Below, one piece after another: positions 59,659-64,000 of a stretch of 64,000 nt of DNA (within the stretch, counting starts at the first letter, position 1; each line of letters starts with the position of its first letter). Both the position numbers and the translations under genes were made by a program. The stretch is from Schizochytrium sp. TIO01 (Eukaryota; Protista; Bigyra: Labyrinthulomycetes). The stretch is taken from contig SMSO01000031.1 of assembly GCA_004764695.1 (NCBI GenBank), positions 5,308,436 to 5,372,435 on the forward strand, given 5' to 3'. Below the pieces are notes generated by a model. It worked only from the letters and a program-made list of their open reading frames with translations. It did not search any database and was not told the DNA's origin.

Positions 59659-62600
59659 TCACCTCGATCTCCGAACGAAGCTGCTAGCGCTCTCCAAGTG
59701 AAGCAGTGATTGATCTGCATCTTTTAAGGCTTGCGTAATGTGAGTGACAATATGTAGGGTAGCCTGAGATGTGTGAAGATAATACAACTGATTTAGCAAA
59801 GGATGCTTCGCCGTGAAAGCGTTACCTCGTTGCCACGCACGTGTGGCACAAAGTACATGCTCCAAAATTGAGTCGGTTGCTGGGAGTTTCTCTGCAAATG
59901 CGCGCCTTTCCTCAGACTTCCAATACAAATCCATCTTGCTCGGAGGAGCACCGATGGCATCATTCAGTACAACAAACTGAATGCGTGGATGGTCGTTCAC
60001 CAGAAGTGTAAAGACTTCATGAGAGTCTTGTGGAAATGATGGGTTCCCTTTCACTCCGCTCTCGGCATCCTCCCTGAATTGTTCATCATCCAAAATGTTG
60101 TTTTCAATATAGAAGTTTGATTCTCTTTCATAAGGAAGCACGCTTGGAGCAACACCCTTCGAGGACTTTGGTCTACGTAATCGCTTTGGACGTCTGAGTT
60201 TCTTGCGACTGCTCTGTTTCTTCCCACTCAACGGGCGCTCATCACTGCCCAAGGCCTCGGATTCTTGACCGCTAACCGGATTGATAGGAAGACTATTCAC
60301 GAGTGCTTGGGCAACCCGCAATGACTTGCATGTTATTCCCTCCGTCCGAAAAATGAGCCTACTGGTGAGCGTATTGACTTGACACACCTCCAGCGCCATA
60401 TCGTAATTAGAATACCCAAGCTGCTGCACACATGCAAATACAGCTTGAGCAAGAAGTCCCGGATCACTATTGTCCCCCAGGACGCTCAGCCTAGGCACTG
60501 CATTGTGGTGTCCATGGAAGATCGCACAATAAGCGCTGTCAGGATCCGCTGCAAAACAAAATGCAGACAGATGCAAGGCATCAAACGTTTGCTGATTTTT
60601 GACGTAAGAATCCACTAGACCGGAAAGTGCCCAGCGTCGAGTTTTTCCATGGGGATTGCATAACTCTAATGCATCTCGATTTGCCATAATCACTGAGCTG
60701 TTGAGGATATGGCAAATCCGGGGATGGATGCGGCAATATGTAGCTACCCTGCGTTTTTTATTCACCTCCCCAACGTCTCTAAAGCCGCCATCGTCCTCAT
60801 TATTGCTGCTATGTAGGCTTTCGTCGGGTGAAAAGGCAAGGGTATCGATCGATGCTCGATTCATCCCAAATCGCAATGCTCCAGTGTCCCTGATATCGTC
60901 CTCTAAAGTTTCTGGGCATAAGGGAACCGCCAAGGTGCGCTCAGCCAGGTCGCGTTTCGTTTGCTGCAAAAGATTGCTAAAAGAGCTCAACTCTTGCTTC
61001 ATTTCTTTCCGCATCGTGGCCCATGCAACAGATGTATCTTTCAGAGAACCATGGACGTGCTGAAGTTTAGTCAGTCCCGTCTTGAGGCGCTTTTGAGCTT
61101 TGGCAGTTCTCGACTTCGCAGCACACTTGTGGAGGTCGAGTTCTGAAAGTAGAGCTCCACGCTCCTGGAAATGCTTCCGTCTTTCCATCTCGAGCATCTC
61201 TTGCATTTGAGCAGCATCGGCTGATGCCTGAGTTGCTTCGTTTAAGGCCTCTTCAACAGCTTCCTGGAGCTCCTGTTCTTGATTTTGTGCCCTCTCAGCA
61301 TCCGCAATAGCGGCGTCAGCTTTGGCTGAAGCTTCAGCTAAGTTTTCGAGAGCATTCTGCAGCGCAAGAGTGTTTTTCGTTTCAGAAGCCAAAACCTCCT
61401 CCAAGCGTACTGTTCGTTGTGCAAGTTCTTCTTTCACACGATCTAACTCTTCGCTAGTTTCTTTCCATCCAGAGCGTGCCTCAGTCAACTCTTTCGTCAG
61501 CGTAGGATCGTACTGAGGAACTTGAATAAAGCCTGCTTCTAGGTCCTTCACACGAGATTGAAGTTTCACAAGTTGAGCTTCGAGTTTCGCCTCGCTTACC
61601 TTGTATGCTTCAATTTCATCAATTGCTGAATTAAGCTCATTCTGAAGTTGCTCTGCATGTTTCTGTGAACTAGACACTGCTTCTTCTTTATCTAATGCTG
61701 ACCTGGCAATTTGAGCTTCGAGTTGTGAAAATCGAGTCTTCAATTGTTCCTGAGAAGACTTTTCATTCTCTAATTTCGCAAGTTGTGCCTGAGACACCTG
61801 TAGTCGCTCCTGCAATTCATGAATAGTGCTTGCCAACGCATCAAGCTGCGCTTGATGAGTAGATAGCATGAGGGGCTGTAGACGTGAACTATTTTTGTCC
61901 TCTTGGTCATGGTGTTGCACCAATAGCTTGATTATGTTTTCAAGGGCTTGATGCATATTTGGGTCTTCGATTGTCTTTAGTTGTGCCTGAAGAGACCCAA
62001 CAGCCTGGGAGGTAGCTCTGGAGCATTGACAAATTTGCTCTTCCCTCGCAAGTTTCTCTGCTCGACAAGATTCTTGATTAACCTCTTCCTTGGCTATGCG
62101 GAGTAACATCTCAAGGCGCTTAATTTGTTGTGTTTGATCTTCGTTCGTGTCCGAAAGCTCCTTAATTTTCGTTTGAGAATGGGCTCTCACTAAAACAAGC
62201 TCAGATTCGATACTGTTTCTTGCTTCAAGCGCTTGCTTTTGATTCGATGCACTCTCCAACTGTAGGTTTTCTAAATTTTGTTGGGCACTTGCAAAATTCT
62301 CAGCGCTCAGACGAGCCCGCTCCTTGTTGCGATCGTTTGCTTCACGCAAAGCCTGTAGCTCCTCGCGGAGGCCCTGTATAATGGCAGCATCTCGCTGCTT
62401 GGAAGACTGCAATTCGTCTTGCAAAGCCTTCACAGTTTGTTTTGCTCCTTGGAGAGCTTTATTGGATTCTTGTTGCTTCATCATTATTTCGTTACGCTCC
62501 CCGCGCAACTGGTCAAGTTGGATTTGATGCTCTGCTTCAATGTTTGTTAATTTGGTCTCGAATTCTAGATGAGCAGCGTACAATTGTTCGGCAAGCTCTT

Positions 62601-63150
62601 TGTGATATTCTTTGTTGCTTTTCTCGTTAATGGCTGCAACACTGTTTGTTTCACTAACGTCTGCTGAGAAAGAAGTTTTTTCTAGACGGTCTCCATTCAT
62701 GATCGGGTTTGTTGACAGTTGACTATTCTGGCTTAGAGCATCCTCCCTAGAACCAGTTTCTTTTTCATCAAGCTGATTTATGCCCTTGCTGGCTGTTGTT
62801 GCACTAGGGGAGCCTGGCCCAGAGTCTGCAGGCGCAGAGAGCTCAATTTGGAGCCTCGATCTTGTTTCTTGGGGCATCAAAGTGAAAGGAACTGCATCAA
62901 TAACTTCTCCCTCAGGCAAAACCCAAGTTGATTCTCCAGTTTCCTGGTTATAATAGTATACATTTCCTTGATCGTCCTCGCACTCAAGCCATGTGACCGC
63001 ATGTACACCAGCATCACCTCGTTTTTCATCCTGGGCTGCTGTATTGTTATTCATCGTGATGGTATCCAAGCTAGCTGCCTCCTTTTCCTCCAAAGTTGCC
63101 GAAATCATTTCATTTGTGGGAGGCAAATCGTCATCTTGTGTGTCCGACAT
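59659..63150 (-). CDS. WW-domain, long coiled-coil protein with a C-terminal degenerate kinesin motor-homology domain
   Basis: 1163-aa ORF with a WW domain (WLECEDDQGNVYYYNQETGESTWVLP, about 62913-62991) and roughly 550 aa of heptad coiled coil. The C-terminal ~365 aa carry kinesin-like motifs in the correct order but lack GxxxxGKT, SSRSH and DLAGSE. Confidence 0.85.
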   Translation of the reverse strand: MSDTQDDDLPPTNEMISATLEEKEAASLDTITMNNNTAAQDEKRGDAGVHAVTWLECEDDQGNVYYYNQETGESTWVLPEGEVIDAVPFTLMPQETRSRLQIELSAPADSGPGSPSATTASKGINQLDEKETGSREDALSQNSQLSTNPIMNGDRLEKTSFSADVSETNSVAAINEKSNKEYHKELAEQLYAAHLEFETKLTNIEAEHQIQLDQLRGERNEIMMKQQESNKALQGAKQTVKALQDELQSSKQRDAAIIQGLREELQALREANDRNKERARLSAENFASAQQNLENLQLESASNQKQALEARNSIESELVLVRAHSQTKIKELSDTNEDQTQQIKRLEMLLRIAKEEVNQESCRAEKLAREEQICQCSRATSQAVGSLQAQLKTIEDPNMHQALENIIKLLVQHHDQEDKNSSRLQPLMLSTHQAQLDALASTIHELQERLQVSQAQLAKLENEKSSQEQLKTRFSQLEAQIARSALDKEEAVSSSQKHAEQLQNELNSAIDEIEAYKVSEAKLEAQLVKLQSRVKDLEAGFIQVPQYDPTLTKELTEARSGWKETSEELDRVKEELAQRTVRLEEVLASETKNTLALQNALENLAEASAKADAAIADAERAQNQEQELQEAVEEALNEATQASADAAQMQEMLEMERRKHFQERGALLSELDLHKCAAKSRTAKAQKRLKTGLTKLQHVHGSLKDTSVAWATMRKEMKQELSSFSNLLQQTKRDLAERTLAVPLCPETLEDDIRDTGALRFGMNRASIDTLAFSPDESLHSSNNEDDGGFRDVGEVNKKRRVATYCRIHPRICHILNSSVIMANRDALELCNPHGKTRRWALSGLVDSYVKNQQTFDALHLSAFCFAADPDSAYCAIFHGHHNAVPRLSVLGDNSDPGLLAQAVFACVQQLGYSNYDMALEVCQVNTLTSRLIFRTEGITCKSLRVAQALVNSLPINPVSGQESEALGSDERPLSGKKQSSRKKLRRPKRLRRPKSSKGVAPSVLPYERESNFYIENNILDDEQFREDAESGVKGNPSFPQDSHEVFTLLVNDHPRIQFVVLNDAIGAPPSKMDLYWKSEERRAFAEKLPATDSILEHVLCATRAWQRGNAFTAKHPLLNQLYYLHTSQATLHIVTHITQALKDADQSLLHLESASSFVRRSR

Positions 63151-64000
63151 CCCGCAAGGCTCATGCTCGTGTATTTTCTGCCGAAGAATTGTTTTAGTTT
63201 CGACAGTGAAGTCAGGTACTGCTCTGAGTTTGCTGATTTCACTTCGTACACTATTTTAATAGTCAATAAACCACTTGGCAATTCCCAGCACAGTTGCCAA
63301 TGCAATGACCCTAACGCGTTACGATGCCCTGAGCCATGCACACCAAACATACAAAACCAATGAATTATGTCAGAGCTAACGAACGAGCAGGGTCAGCAGC
63401 TTGAGTCTTCCCATCCCCTGACGGGTCCTTAGCAAACACAGAGCCCCGTCTTTTGGTGCTCCTGAGCGAGGGTCTCTCTAGCGGTCGCAAAGCCGAGCCC
63501 TGGCAATGTGTCGGTTGCGTTCTCAAAAGCAAACACCTCAGTGGGAACGTCGACTTGGAAGACAACCTTGGGCTCACTTGGTTCTCAAGGGTGCAGGTCG
63601 AAAGTTTTGGCGGACCTGTGGGGGTATCTTGCACGTTCCAGTTTTACCGTTACGAAATAATGAATGGGCAAAAGCAGGGGCAGAAGCGTAAGAACTTATG
63701 GAGTAACTCTTCGGTGTATCATGAGCTTTGGAAAGAGATTTAGATTGCCCGATAAGACGCGGGAAAGGCGGCGCGGGGGAGCGCGGAGATTGGCGCGGGA
63801 AAGCACTCTGCGCGCGAGGAATTGGCATGGACCGTGCATCCTGCACATCAATCGCAGAGTTTTCATGGGCTGCAGATCCGAAACTTCGGAAAAGTAGAAA
63901 CGAAAGCTCGGCAACTTGCAAAGAAGCTTGCCCGGCAAATCTGGATCCTAAAGTCGTCTTCCCTCTTCAAGAGACGAGTTTGAGCTCTGGGCAGTTGCTT

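Noticed and set aside
63365-63938. Short overlapping ORFs at the window end
   Set aside because: No recognisable domain or coding bias; probably the promoter or 5' region of the pseudokinesin or of a gene beyond the window.

Overview
Eukaryotic nuclear DNA: gene-dense and nearly intron-free, with long tetranucleotide microsatellites. The stramenopile-type actin and centrin and this architecture suggest a thraustochytrid (Aurantiochytrium-like); that assignment is an inference. The first 10.6 kb is a microsatellite-rich stretch with no convincing gene. It is followed by 15 supportable protein genes: a frameshift-split ankyrin-repeat protein, eIF2B-epsilon, actin, a secreted beta-helix (GH141-like) protein, GDAP2, TMX2, a tandem pseudo-sulfatase/sulfatase, a U-box/WD40 protein, SMU1, centrin (one intron), a small ERGIC-53-like membrane protein without a lectin domain, a His-box desaturase-family enzyme, oligopeptidase B, HTATSF1, and a WW/coiled-coil protein. 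The most notable observations are: (1) the C-terminus of the WW/coiled-coil protein looks like a catalytically dead kinesin-14-type motor domain (Vik1/Cik1-like); (2) an unassigned ~340-nt multi-hairpin RNA candidate downstream of eIF2B-epsilon, with G-U pairs favouring the minus strand and a terminal U-run; (3) a membrane-anchored sulfatase whose first domain has lost its catalytic motifs, lying near a putative glycan-degrading beta-helix gene; (4) a 1-nt frameshift inside an ankyrin repeat. No tRNA, rRNA, CRISPR array or autonomous transposon was recognised. All family assignments come from motif recognition by eye, not database searches.
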